Assembly: GCA_965116925.1 (NCBI GenBank)
Contig: OZ220744.1
Span: 96,001 to 160,000, forward strand
Direction of reading: 5' to 3'
DNA from: Candidatus Poribacteria bacterium
GTDB lineage: Bacteria; Poribacteria; WGA-4E; PCPOR2b
DNA length: 64,000 bases
Shown here piece by piece: positions 19,944 through 29,554 of the stretch. The notes beneath the pieces were generated by a model. That model saw only the letters and a list, made by a program, of their open reading frames with translations, was not told where the DNA came from and searched no databases. The position numbers and the translations under genes are program-made. Position 1 is the first letter of the stretch. The number at the start of each line of letters is the position of its first letter.

Positions 19944-21116
19944 TTACGCCGGTGGCATATAGCTTGCGTCCACCCATCCCCGTTGGTTCCCGCTTTCGAC
20001 CGCTTTATGGATAAAGTGAACACCCCGTGCACCATCCTGCACAGTCGGAAAATCTGTATCGAACTCATCTGGCGTTTCGCCGGAGAGTTTTGCAGCAATC
20101 GTGCGTGCAGCGTTGACATAAACGTTCGCAAACGCTTCTATGAACGCTTCTGGATGTCCAAAGGGCAGTCGTGAGTTGTGCGCCGCAACCGGAGCAACGT
20201 AGTCGTTACCGCGCTTATACACATGCTCAGGACCATCTGGAAAACGGACATAGAGATAATTCGGATTTTCCTGATGCCATTCGAGTGAAGCCGCCGTACC
20301 ATAGACACGAATGCGGAGATTATTCTCTTCACCTACCGAGATCTGCGAGGCGTACAGCACTCCCCGTGCGCCGTCTTTATAATGTACTAGGATATTCCCA
20401 TCATCTTCGAGCTGTCTGCCATCAACAAAGGTGGTCAGGTCCGCACAGATCTCCTCTAACTCTAAGCCGGTAATATAATGAGCGAGATTTTCAGCGTGTG
20501 ACCCAATGTCCCCGATACAAGACGAAACCCCCGCTTGGCTTGGATCTGTCCGCCAAACTGCTTGCTTTGCGCCCTCTCCCTCCAAAAATGTTGCGAGCCA
20601 TCCCTGTGGATATTCGACAACAATTTTCCGTACTGATCCGAGCGTCCCCTGTGATACCAACTCACGGGCTTGCTTCACCATCGGATAGCCTGTGTAGTTA
20701 TGCGTCAACGCAAAGACCACATCATGCTGTTTCACTAACCCGCAAAGTGCTTCCGCATCTTCTAGCGTCGTTGTCATCGGCTTATCGCACACGACGTGAA
20801 ATCCTGCTTCAATGAATGTTTTAGCAACGCCAAAATGAACGTGGTTTGGTGTCACAATGGACACGAAGTCGATACGCTCTCCTTCGGGCAAGGCACTCTC
20901 TTTTTCCGCCATTTCCTGATATGAGTCGTATACGCGATTAGAGTCAAGCAACAACTCCCCGCCCTGTTGCTGCGATTTTTCAGGTGATGCAGAAAACGCC
21001 CCGGCAACAAGGTCGATTTCCCCGTCGAGTGCTGCAGCTTTTCGGTGAACCGCTCCTATGAATGCGTCCGGACCGCCGCCGACCATTCCGTAACGTATTT
21101 TTCTTCCAAGTGGCAT
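19944..21116 (-). CDS. Gfo/Idh/MocA oxidoreductase
   Basis: GMVGGG..AFIG.VHR, CDKP, GDIGSHA, GHPEAFIEAFAN. Confidence 0.93.
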   Translation of the reverse strand: MPLGRKIRYGMVGGGPDAFIGAVHRKAAALDGEIDLVAGAFSASPEKSQQQGGELLLDSNRVYDSYQEMAEKESALPEGERIDFVSIVTPNHVHFGVAKTFIEAGFHVVCDKPMTTTLEDAEALCGLVKQHDVVFALTHNYTGYPMVKQARELVSQGTLGSVRKIVVEYPQGWLATFLEGEGAKQAVWRTDPSQAGVSSCIGDIGSHAENLAHYITGLELEEICADLTTFVDGRQLEDDGNILVHYKDGARGVLYASQISVGEENNLRIRVYGTAASLEWHQENPNYLYVRFPDGPEHVYKRGNDYVAPVAAHNSRLPFGHPEAFIEAFANVYVNAARTIAAKLSGETPDEFDTDFPTVQDGARGVHFIHKAVESGNQRGWVDASYMPPA

Positions 21117-21179
21117 ATTATTAACTCCTACGATTTTGAATGCTAAACCCGCCTTAAAATCCGCGGGTTACGAATACGG

Positions 21180-21208
21180 ATTATAGCACGATTTACGGCT
21201 CTTGTCAA
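21180..21208 (-). promoter_or_regulatory. Sigma70 promoter for the 21116 gene
   Basis: Perfect TTGACA-17-TATAAT on minus strand. Confidence 0.8.
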
Positions 21209-21223
21209 ACGGACTTCGCTACG

Positions 21224-22836
21224 ATGAACTATACCTACGACGCCGAAGGGAAACTGACCCAACGGAGCGAAGGGACCGATTCGGATGCGTTCACCTACAG
21301 CTTCGGCTCACAGTTGACACAGATACAGAAGACCCGTAACGGGGTCGTGACTCAGACACTGAGCTATGCCTACGACGGTGGCGGACAGCGGGTGAAGGTC
21401 ACCGATAGCGGTGGGACACGCTACTTCCTCTACGATGGCGGGATGCCGGTCTTGGAATTGGACCAAAACAAGAAAATCACTACGAGTTACCTCTACGGTG
21501 CTGATGGTGTGGTCTACCGTCGGAAACACAACGCCGTCGCACACTGGCATTTCGATGAAGGAACCGGCACAACCGCACACGATGTCGATGGCGCTAACCA
21601 CGGAACCCTCGGCGCTGGCGATGCAAATAAGACACCGACTTGGAGCTTTGGTTGTGGGCTCATGTCACCGCACGGTACGACGGCGCACAGATGCGAATCT
21701 TCATCAACGTAACCATCGAATCGGCAACCACCGCAGCGACCGGATCCCTGGCCGCAAGCACAGCACCGCTATTCATTGGCGGCGGGCATAATCACTTCCA
21801 TGGATACCTCGACGATATTTCCATCTATGACCGCGCGCTGTCCGATAGTGAGATAACAGACTTAGTGAACGATGTCGATAAACGGTATGAATACCACCAC
21901 ATAAACGCTTTGGGAAGTAACATCGTCTCAACCGATGATAACCAGAATGTGTTGACCCGCTATGAGTACGATGTATTTGGCGCAATACGAAATGAGACAG
22001 GGACAAGCGATAACACCCGAAAGCTCACCGGCAAGGAGTTTGATGCCGATAGTAACCTCTATTACTGCGCCGCCCGCTACTACGACCCCTACATCGGAAG
22101 GTTCACACAACGAAACCCGATTGGCGATGGCGTCAATTGGTATGCCTATACACGGAATAATCCACTCAAGTTTGTTGATCCAACAGGGTTGCAGACCGAA
22201 GCTCCAAGACCACTAAGTCCTCTGGAGGTATCAGCTATCAACTTCATGTTCCAAGGTTCTATCAATCCGGCTGAGCTGCGAATACAAATTACTCATATAA
22301 ATAAGGGCAGGGGTTTTTATTATAATGATGAAAAACTAATTCAGATTAGCGAAGATTTGTACGATGCAGCAGGTCTCTCTGCCAATTCGATAGCATCGGC
22401 AGACATCGTGCTTTCTCCCGCTGTCATCGACTATCTTAGCACAGTCGTCCATGAAGGTGTTCATGCCTGGCAGTCTGTACACGGCGGTTTCGATGGATAC
22501 AGGGTTGGTGCAAACGGGAAGGTAATGTATGGATTCAATTTTGCCCAGTTAGCTGCGCTGGATCTCGCTAGAGAACAATCTGCTTCAGCGGTGGCGAGTG
22601 CTTTTATACTCAAATGGCAGTTACATCACGGTGCTGAAGTAATAGATCTTGATTTTGTTAATTTTAGGCGGTTTAGCTTCAATGGTCCTCCTAACGATAT
22701 TAGTAAGCCATACGGACTTTTGGGAAGTCCATTCGGAAAGAGCGTAGCTAGTTCTTGGGGCGACCATGTAAACAGAACTTTAGCAGGAAGTATCCTTTGG
22801 TTTTTCAACCCATTACTGGCTCATGTAGGGAGTTAA
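21224..22836 (+). pseudogene. Orphan, frameshifted Rhs core fragment with internal LamG domain and HExxH C-terminal domain
   Basis: YD repeats, YEYDVFG, TGKEFD, ARYYDP.IGRF, NPLKFVDPTGL; frame change near 21650-21665; tip contains HEGVH. Confidence 0.8.
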
Positions 22837-23772
22837 ATGATGAACCTGTTAAATCGTATCAACACTGTTTTATTACAAATGACTTATAGCCTTCTGGTTA
22901 AAAGCCAGAAGGCTGCAGGTCAGATTGTAACGGTAGGTTGTGTCCTGTTTTTGATTGGCTGCGATACCGATAATAGTAACAATGACGTGGCTAACAGTAA
23001 CAATGACGTGGCACCGGAAAGGGCACAGTTGGTAAAAACCACCCCCGCAGTCAGCGAAATTGAGCGATATACGCCGGAAATAGAACTCGTTTTCGATAAG
23101 CCAGTGGCACAGGTCGAAGTCACCGTAGTTAGCGAAATTGAGCCACATACGCCGAAATGGGAAGTCGCGGGGGAACTGGTCGAAGTCAATGAGGTTGAGG
23201 CCGCCCTCAACCCAACAATGTCGGTCGGTGCTTGGCAATCAACGACGGTTTGGACACTGGATCTAAGCCTTTTTGAGGCGATCCATCCGCCCACTCATCC
23301 CCTGTCGACGAGAGACTTTCTCCAAACACAAGTCTGTTTTACCGTCAGCTATGTCGATGAAACGGGCATCTATCAAGAAGATCTGGATTGTGTGAAACTC
23401 CCTTTTGTCGATGGTGGATACATACAACCTCGAATTATTGAAGGGACGGTCAAAGACGGTGACGTGGATGTGGATATAGACAAACTACACGCGTTTGGCT
23501 TTACCTTCCGATTTAGCGAGAAACTTGTCGGAGATCTTGAAATACGTCCTAAAATCAGTGGTGAAGATCCCTTCCCAGAATACGGCGAAGATCTTTGTTG
23601 GATCGTAGAATGGAGTGAGGCTGGGTTTGGCGAGTCGGTCAGACTGTACCGACACGCTCAAAAGGGGCAAAGACTGCTCCCCGGTATGGTTTATACAATT
23701 AAGTTCGCGGTGAGCAATGCAGGGGGCGATAGCATAGAAACTCCCCGGATTACATTCACCACGAAGGCGTGA
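22837..23772 (+). CDS. Putative lipoprotein, candidate immunity protein
   Basis: Abuts Rhs stop; FLIGC lipobox; beta-rich, ends ITFTTKA. Confidence 0.6.
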   Translation: MMNLLNRINTVLLQMTYSLLVKSQKAAGQIVTVGCVLFLIGCDTDNSNNDVANSNNDVAPERAQLVKTTPAVSEIERYTPEIELVFDKPVAQVEVTVVSEIEPHTPKWEVAGELVEVNEVEAALNPTMSVGAWQSTTVWTLDLSLFEAIHPPTHPLSTRDFLQTQVCFTVSYVDETGIYQEDLDCVKLPFVDGGYIQPRIIEGTVKDGDVDVDIDKLHAFGFTFRFSEKLVGDLEIRPKISGEDPFPEYGEDLCWIVEWSEAGFGESVRLYRHAQKGQRLLPGMVYTIKFAVSNAGGDSIETPRITFTTKA

Positions 23773-23794
23773 GATTTTTTTTCACATTTGCAGG

Positions 23795-23849
23795 AAGGGC
23801 AAGCGGCGGGGAAAAGAAATTGAGTCTACGGCTTGCCCTTTTTTGTTTT
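23795..23849 (+). terminator. Probable intrinsic terminator
   Basis: AAGGGCAAGC/GCTTGCCCTT stem followed by T-tract; loop is long (26 nt). Confidence 0.5.
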
Positions 23850-23910
23850 CGGTAGACGTGCCACCCCATGTCAACACTCTAGGGAATAACATCGTCTTAA
23901 CCGAAATCAA

Positions 23911-24747
23911 CTACATCTTGTTCTTCTTCTGTGAACCGGCGGGATGGTAATACGGCTCTAACAACAGATGTGACTTGGCAGGATCAGCGGCGGTACGCGC
24001 TAGCAGATCAGCCGACGGTTCGCAGCGGGGCCAATTGACCATGTACGAAGGACCGTACTGGTAAGACAACCACAGATCCCCTGCGCGAGTTGTTGGTTGG
24101 AATGCGTGAGAGAGGTTCTCGGTAAACAAAACACCCGATCCAGCACGCAACGGGATGTTGTGCAACGGCGCAATTGCGTTCAGATCCGTATGCTCATAGG
24201 GATGTGGAAGGCTAGCTTTGTGGCTGGCAGGGATCGTGCAGAACGTCCCATCCCGATCGGAAGTGTCAGTCAACGCAATCAGGCAGGTAATCATCAGACA
24301 ACGGAATTGACCATCTCCAAAGCAGCGGTAGCGGGCATAACGTCTCGGATCCGCATCGCCGCCTTGGGTGAGTTGGCTACTCTTTCCCGGTGTTCTGAAT
24401 ATTGCCCGTGAACCGACGAGACGGTATTGGCGTCCCCAGATAAATTCCTGCACATAATCGAGGACACACGGCAGTGCCATGGCATCCTCAACGGTGTCCC
24501 CTCCTTCAATGACGTTGACGAGTTCGCAGCCATCAGGACCGCCTGGCAAGAGCGTTATATTTTCCGGCGTTGCCACCCTAATCCTTGACAAGGTATCCTG
24601 CGCCTGCGAAACTTGGGCGGGGTTCAGGAGACCCTCCAGCACTAGGTAGCCTGCCGTATCGAAGAAATGCTTATCTTCAACGGAGACCTCAGACTCACCG
24701 AGACCGATCTGCAAGTCAAAGACATCTTCTTCTGTGGCGGGTTTCAT
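23911..24747 (-). CDS. PhyH-family protein, first iron ligand apparently missing
   Basis: FDTAGYLVL, IPASHK, TENLSH; TQG where His motif is expected. Confidence 0.8.
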   Translation of the reverse strand: MKPATEEDVFDLQIGLGESEVSVEDKHFFDTAGYLVLEGLLNPAQVSQAQDTLSRIRVATPENITLLPGGPDGCELVNVIEGGDTVEDAMALPCVLDYVQEFIWGRQYRLVGSRAIFRTPGKSSQLTQGGDADPRRYARYRCFGDGQFRCLMITCLIALTDTSDRDGTFCTIPASHKASLPHPYEHTDLNAIAPLHNIPLRAGSGVLFTENLSHAFQPTTRAGDLWLSYQYGPSYMVNWPRCEPSADLLARTAADPAKSHLLLEPYYHPAGSQKKNKM

Positions 24748-24806
24748 GGAACCTACCTTCCGATTTCTCAGGAATTATGTCCGCTTTTAACTCATCGGGA
24801 CTCATG

Positions 24807-25646
24807 CTAACGGACATCGGTTTCAGCTGTATGGGCAAATGGGGAAGGTCCTTGGATAAGTTCTAGCCGACGCGGAGTTGCACGCTGCTCAAAACCTTCG
24901 GCTGTCATTGCCAAGCCGTGCCAAGTGCAGTGAAACGCCGGTGCGTAAGAATAAAACAGTGTTCGGCGCACCTTTGAACCGCGGTTTTCCACAGCCCCGT
25001 GGGATAGGTCTTCGGAGAAAATAATAGCATCACCGGCTCTACACGGCAGCGGCTGCACAAGCGGATGGGTGGGATCCGGAATCTGACCTACGAGCGGGTT
25101 AGTGAAGTTGCTCTTGTGGCTTCCGGGGATAACAGCAAAGCAACCGTCTTTGACATCAACGTCGGTCAACGCATACCCAATTTTCACGCTCACGCACTTG
25201 AACTCTCCATCTTGGAAAGCATACTCACTATAAGGTAGTAACTCCGCATAACCGTGATGGAAGCGAAATGCCCCTCCGCTGTTCCGTGACATAAAGCTGG
25301 CTGCATCCAGCCGGGATGGCTCACCAATCATCTCCTCAATATAGTGAAGTGTCTGGGGTAGGTCAATGAGCTCCTCAAAGGGACCTCCATAACGGAGCAC
25401 CTCACAGTCATAATCCCCCAAACCGTCCTCCGGCGGGGCACCCGTCTGGGCGTAGACATTGTCCGAAGCGCGATATTTCCTTTCCACGCCCAAGGCTGCT
25501 GTCCGACTATCATCAAGCGTTTCAAGGTCATCGATCGTTTCGTTGAGTCGCTGACGCACATCGGGGGACAGCACCCCGCGCAATACCAAATATCCGTGCA
25601 GGTCAAATAGATATCTTTCTTCCGATGTCATATGATATACTCCCAA
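24807..25646 (-). CDS. PhyH-family dioxygenase
   Basis: FDLHGYLVL, FHHG, IPGSHKS, SEDLSHG, RRTLFYSY. Confidence 0.88.
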   Translation of the reverse strand: MGVYHMTSEERYLFDLHGYLVLRGVLSPDVRQRLNETIDDLETLDDSRTAALGVERKYRASDNVYAQTGAPPEDGLGDYDCEVLRYGGPFEELIDLPQTLHYIEEMIGEPSRLDAASFMSRNSGGAFRFHHGYAELLPYSEYAFQDGEFKCVSVKIGYALTDVDVKDGCFAVIPGSHKSNFTNPLVGQIPDPTHPLVQPLPCRAGDAIIFSEDLSHGAVENRGSKVRRTLFYSYAPAFHCTWHGLAMTAEGFEQRATPRRLELIQGPSPFAHTAETDVR

Positions 25647-25688
25647 TTTTCATTGGTTCCGTCGGAATGCAACGCCATTGAAGACATT

Positions 25689-25958
25689 TCAGCCTGCCTC
25701 ATCGAAGCCGCTTTCAACCAATTTTGATAGTACTTCAACAGCTTCCTCCTCGTCGGATCCTTCTGCTCGAATCGTAAGTTGAGTGCCGCGGTTTGCTGCT
25801 AACATCATGATTCCCATGATACTTTTTGCATTGACCTTCATCAGCCCTTTTTGGATGTAGATGTTGGAAGAGAATTGATTCGCCGCTTGAGACAGTACGC
25901 CGGCGGGACGGGCATGCAAACCGAGCGCATTGCGGATTGTCACCAATTGTTCAATCAT
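25689..25958 (-). CDS. ptsH: HPr phosphocarrier protein
   Basis: GLHARPA (His15) and NAKSIMG (Ser46). Confidence 0.95.
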   Translation of the reverse strand: MIEQLVTIRNALGLHARPAGVLSQAANQFSSNIYIQKGLMKVNAKSIMGIMMLAANRGTQLTIRAEGSDEEEAVEVLSKLVESGFDEAG

Positions 25959-25988
25959 AATAATCTTCCTTATCGGCTGATGGGGCTG

Positions 25989-27008
25989 TTAAATTACCTT
26001 TGACTTTGTTGGCCCCAAAATTTCACGATGAAGCGTTGTATGCTGCCATTCGTCAAGCACAGCTTCATCGTTCTGCTCTGCCATTTCTGCAATGAGGGAT
26101 TCATTGAGTTCTTTTGCTGCGTGGAACCCCAACTTTTGTCCCCAGAGATTCATTGCTGCAGCTTCGATTAGGTTCGAGATATTTCGTCCGGGTGCCACAG
26201 GGATGACAAGGTACGGTATCCGTTCATTATGAAAACTGTAAACCTCCTCATCAAGTCCCGTTCGGTTGTACACCTTGTTTTCGTCCCAATGTTCCAGTGT
26301 TACAACCAGTTCAACCTGTGTGCGATCGCCAACCGCGGTGACCCCAAAGAGTCCAATCACATCGACAATCCCTAACCCCCGGACCTCCATGTAATGCTTC
26401 ACCGGTTGGACACGCATCCCGAAAACGCGGTGGCCGGATACCCGTTTCAAAAGAACAGTGTCGTCTGCAATGAGGCGATGTCCTCGCTGGAGGAGCTCCA
26501 AGGCACATTCGCTTTTGCCAATTCCACTTTCACCGAGGATTAAAACACCGACGCCAAACACATCAACCAAGTTCCCGTGAACATACTCCGAAGGTCCGAA
26601 TTCATCTTCAAGGAACAGCAGCAGCCGGGTTGTGAAGATCGTAGATGATAGCCGGGTCTTCAAGATTGGTATATTTGTCTGATTGCCAATAACGACAAGT
26701 TCTGATGGCACGGGTAAGCCACCTGTAACAACCACGCACGGCAGAGCATACGAGAAGAATTGCTGTAAAACTTCAGTTCGTTCCGCAGAAGGGAGACTTT
26801 CTATATATGAAATTTCACCCTGTCCCAGAATCTGAACCCGTTCGTGTCCAAAGTGGTCGTAATGCCCACACAGAGCAAGGCCCGGACGGTTCGACTCCGC
26901 TGTTTTGAGTGCACGATCTAGCCCATCATGGCCAGCCGTGACCTCAAGTTGTAACTCGTAACCGGCATATTTGATTAGCTGACGCACCGTCATTATATGG
27001 TCTAGCAT
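25989..27008 (-). CDS. hprK: HPr kinase/phosphorylase
   Basis: RPGLAL, GESGIGKSECALEL, LIADD, EVRGLGI, PGRN. Confidence 0.96.
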   Translation of the reverse strand: MLDHIMTVRQLIKYAGYELQLEVTAGHDGLDRALKTAESNRPGLALCGHYDHFGHERVQILGQGEISYIESLPSAERTEVLQQFFSYALPCVVVTGGLPVPSELVVIGNQTNIPILKTRLSSTIFTTRLLLFLEDEFGPSEYVHGNLVDVFGVGVLILGESGIGKSECALELLQRGHRLIADDTVLLKRVSGHRVFGMRVQPVKHYMEVRGLGIVDVIGLFGVTAVGDRTQVELVVTLEHWDENKVYNRTGLDEEVYSFHNERIPYLVIPVAPGRNISNLIEAAAMNLWGQKLGFHAAKELNESLIAEMAEQNDEAVLDEWQHTTLHREILGPTKSKVI

Positions 27009-27179
27009 TCGACTATTCCTTTGGTGGATGAATCTAATCAGTGCAGTAATTTAACAGGGGGTGGTGAAGGATCGCCCAATGAATTGAGACAGGCTACACT
27101 CGGAGGAAAGGCTGACCACGCGTATGTGAATTGGCGAGACTTAGGCTATCGTTCAGTCAAACACATCCCCCGAACGCCT

Positions 27180-27749
27180 CTAGACAAATTGAGGCTCAAC
27201 CCATCCATATTCACCGTTATCATCTTCGTAGACAACGTTGACCTGATTCGTCTGTGCGTTTAAGAAAAGCAACAAAGTATCTCCAGAAGTCTGAAGCTGC
27301 ATTACAGCTTCCCCTACGCTCATCGGCTTGGCAGCGAACTTTTCGGGATCTCTGAAGTGAGGTGCCGGCATATTTGATGGATCACTCGCATCCAATTCCA
27401 CCGGTGTGTCCTCCGCATTGCCACTTAACTGCACTGCTACCTCACGCCGAGACATGCGATGTCGTCGATCTTTAATCCGTTCTTTATGGCGACGAATTTG
27501 CGCCTCGATTTTGTCTATTACGTCGTCGAGCGATGAAAAAACCTCGTGTGTTTCACCTTGGGCATGGAAGGTGGCTTTCCGTGTCGCAAGCGTAATTTCC
27601 GTTCGGTAACGGTTTTTCTCCACCTCCATAACCACCTGAAAATCGATAACGTGATTAAAAATTACTTCGATTTTCTTAGCACGCTTCTCAATGTAAGTTC
27701 GAATATCGTCTGTAATTTCAAGGTGACGGCTAATAAGATGGATTTGCAT
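27180..27749 (-). CDS. hpf: Long ribosome hibernation promoting factor
   Basis: S30AE N-domain plus KPMSVGEAVMQL...NVVY...GEYG C-domain. Confidence 0.92.
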   Translation of the reverse strand: MQIHLISRHLEITDDIRTYIEKRAKKIEVIFNHVIDFQVVMEVEKNRYRTEITLATRKATFHAQGETHEVFSSLDDVIDKIEAQIRRHKERIKDRRHRMSRREVAVQLSGNAEDTPVELDASDPSNMPAPHFRDPEKFAAKPMSVGEAVMQLQTSGDTLLLFLNAQTNQVNVVYEDDNGEYGWVEPQFV

Positions 27750-27822
27750 GACTTGGACTCCCTTTGTTAAAGTAATAATTGGTTGGTCGCTGCCGATTCA
27801 CCGCAAATCGGTCAGTAATTAC

Positions 27823-29529
27823 CTACCATTTCCGTTTCCTTTTAGGAGATGGTAAAATATTAAGTTCCTCACGGTATTTGGCAACGGTCCGTCTTGCCGT
27901 GTGGATCCCTTGCGTTTCCAATGCATCAGCGATTGCCTTGTCACTCAACGGTTTCGCTGCATCCTCATTTTCAATCATATCCTTGATTTTCTCTTTGACT
28001 GTAGTTGCAGCGATATTTGAGCCGGAATCGGTCGGGAGTTCACCCCCGAAAAAGTACTTCAGCCTGTAGATACCTTGAGGCGTTTCGACGTACTTATTCG
28101 ACGTGACCCGGCTGACTGTTGATTCATGGACACCCGCCATATCTGCTATCTGCTTTAATACTAACGGTTTAAGTCCCTCAACCCCTTGCTCCAAGAAATC
28201 TGCTTGTATCTCAAAAATTGCCTCCGTTACCCTTGCAATCGTTTGGCGGCGCTGCACAATACTTTGTAACAAATCCCTTGCCTGAGTTCTGCGAACCTCT
28301 AGCCACTCCTTTGTTTTCGCATCTAAGTTTTTGTTTCCGTTCATCATCCAATCGACGTAGACTGGATTCAAACGCAGCCGAGGCATACCGTCATCATTGG
28401 TAATAACTCGGTATTCCCCCTCAATCTTTTCAATTGTAACGTCAGGGATGATCGTTTCGGGGGCCCTTGGATCCCTTGGATCGGAGAAATGGCGACCCGG
28501 ATAAGGATCCAAAGTACCAATTAGTTCCCGCGCTTCTACAATTTTGCTGATTTGCACCTCAAGCCCTTGGGCGATACGCTGGAGATGATTATCCGTTAAA
28601 TCCTCCCAATAGTGCTTGATAACCATTTCTGCGAGTGGATTCTCGATTTGTGCGGCTCTCATCTGTGTGAGAAGGGTTTCCGAGATGGTGCGATAAGCGA
28701 TTCCGATCGGCTCAAAATTGTTGTGAATAAAGTGCAAGACAGCCTCTACCTCAGCCACATCGCAGCCGACAGCGGCCGCAATATCTTCGAGGGTGATGTT
28801 GTAGATATTGAGTTGACCATTCTCCTTGTTGACCGTGTAAGTCTGTTCACCCGCTGCATCGGTTATCAGCCAACAGCTGCCTTCTGATTTCACAGTAATG
28901 GTCGCATCTTGAGAAAACGAAAGCTCGTCGTTTTCAAATTCCTTACGCAGCCCTTTTTCGATTACTTTGTGCAGGTATTCTGAGAGCACCTTATTATCTA
29001 AATCGCTTTGGAACAATGAGTTAATATCGAACAGAGGACCGGTCCGCAACTGACCGTTATCATCAAGATTGCCAATAATCTGCTCACCAATTCTCCGCTC
29101 CATTTCCGAAAAGGGGGCAATACTAAGTTGTTCCATCAGAAAATCGTGCAGCGACTGGAAACAAGCGATATCGGAGGGACGCTGAACCTCGTTGTTCTCC
29201 CAATGCTCAAACTCTCCACTTTCACCTCGATGGAAGGAGTCATCTAGGAAGTCCTTCCAGTCAAAATCTGGTTCTTTATCCTCACGATCGATAATTGCTT
29301 CGGGTTCATTCCATTGGGTATCCGGATCGAGTCCTTCTAAATCGGTAATTTCCGCAAGCTCAGCAGCCTCCGATATCTCCTCTAAGAGCGGATTTTGCTC
29401 CAATTGCTGACTCAAATGCTGCTTCAGATCCAGCCGTGACATCAGAAGTACCTGGATCGCTTGCTGTAGCTTGGGCGTCATGACCAGCCGTTGCTGTAAG
29501 CTCCCGGTTTGTCTCATCCTAACGTTCAT
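27823..29529 (-). CDS. rpoN: RNA polymerase sigma-54 factor with internal insertion
   Basis: MTPKLQQAI, NPLLE, HESTVSR, RpoN box ARRTVAKYRE. Confidence 0.97.
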   Translation of the reverse strand: MNVRMRQTGSLQQRLVMTPKLQQAIQVLLMSRLDLKQHLSQQLEQNPLLEEISEAAELAEITDLEGLDPDTQWNEPEAIIDREDKEPDFDWKDFLDDSFHRGESGEFEHWENNEVQRPSDIACFQSLHDFLMEQLSIAPFSEMERRIGEQIIGNLDDNGQLRTGPLFDINSLFQSDLDNKVLSEYLHKVIEKGLRKEFENDELSFSQDATITVKSEGSCWLITDAAGEQTYTVNKENGQLNIYNITLEDIAAAVGCDVAEVEAVLHFIHNNFEPIGIAYRTISETLLTQMRAAQIENPLAEMVIKHYWEDLTDNHLQRIAQGLEVQISKIVEARELIGTLDPYPGRHFSDPRDPRAPETIIPDVTIEKIEGEYRVITNDDGMPRLRLNPVYVDWMMNGNKNLDAKTKEWLEVRRTQARDLLQSIVQRRQTIARVTEAIFEIQADFLEQGVEGLKPLVLKQIADMAGVHESTVSRVTSNKYVETPQGIYRLKYFFGGELPTDSGSNIAATTVKEKIKDMIENEDAAKPLSDKAIADALETQGIHTARRTVAKYREELNILPSPKRKRKW

Positions 29530-29554
29530 GACTTGATCTCCTCAAATGATTGCG

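Noticed and set aside
21640..21712. Programmed frameshift in the Rhs gene
   Set aside because: No slippery sequence; missing LamG middle and degenerate core motifs favour a deletion
27057..27171. tmRNA or 6S RNA identity for the hpf-hprK gap
   Set aside because: Too short and lacks the diagnostic T-arm/CCA or long 6S hairpin
28798..29043. rpoN insert as an intein or intron
   Set aside because: No C/S start or HN end, too short, and the frame is open
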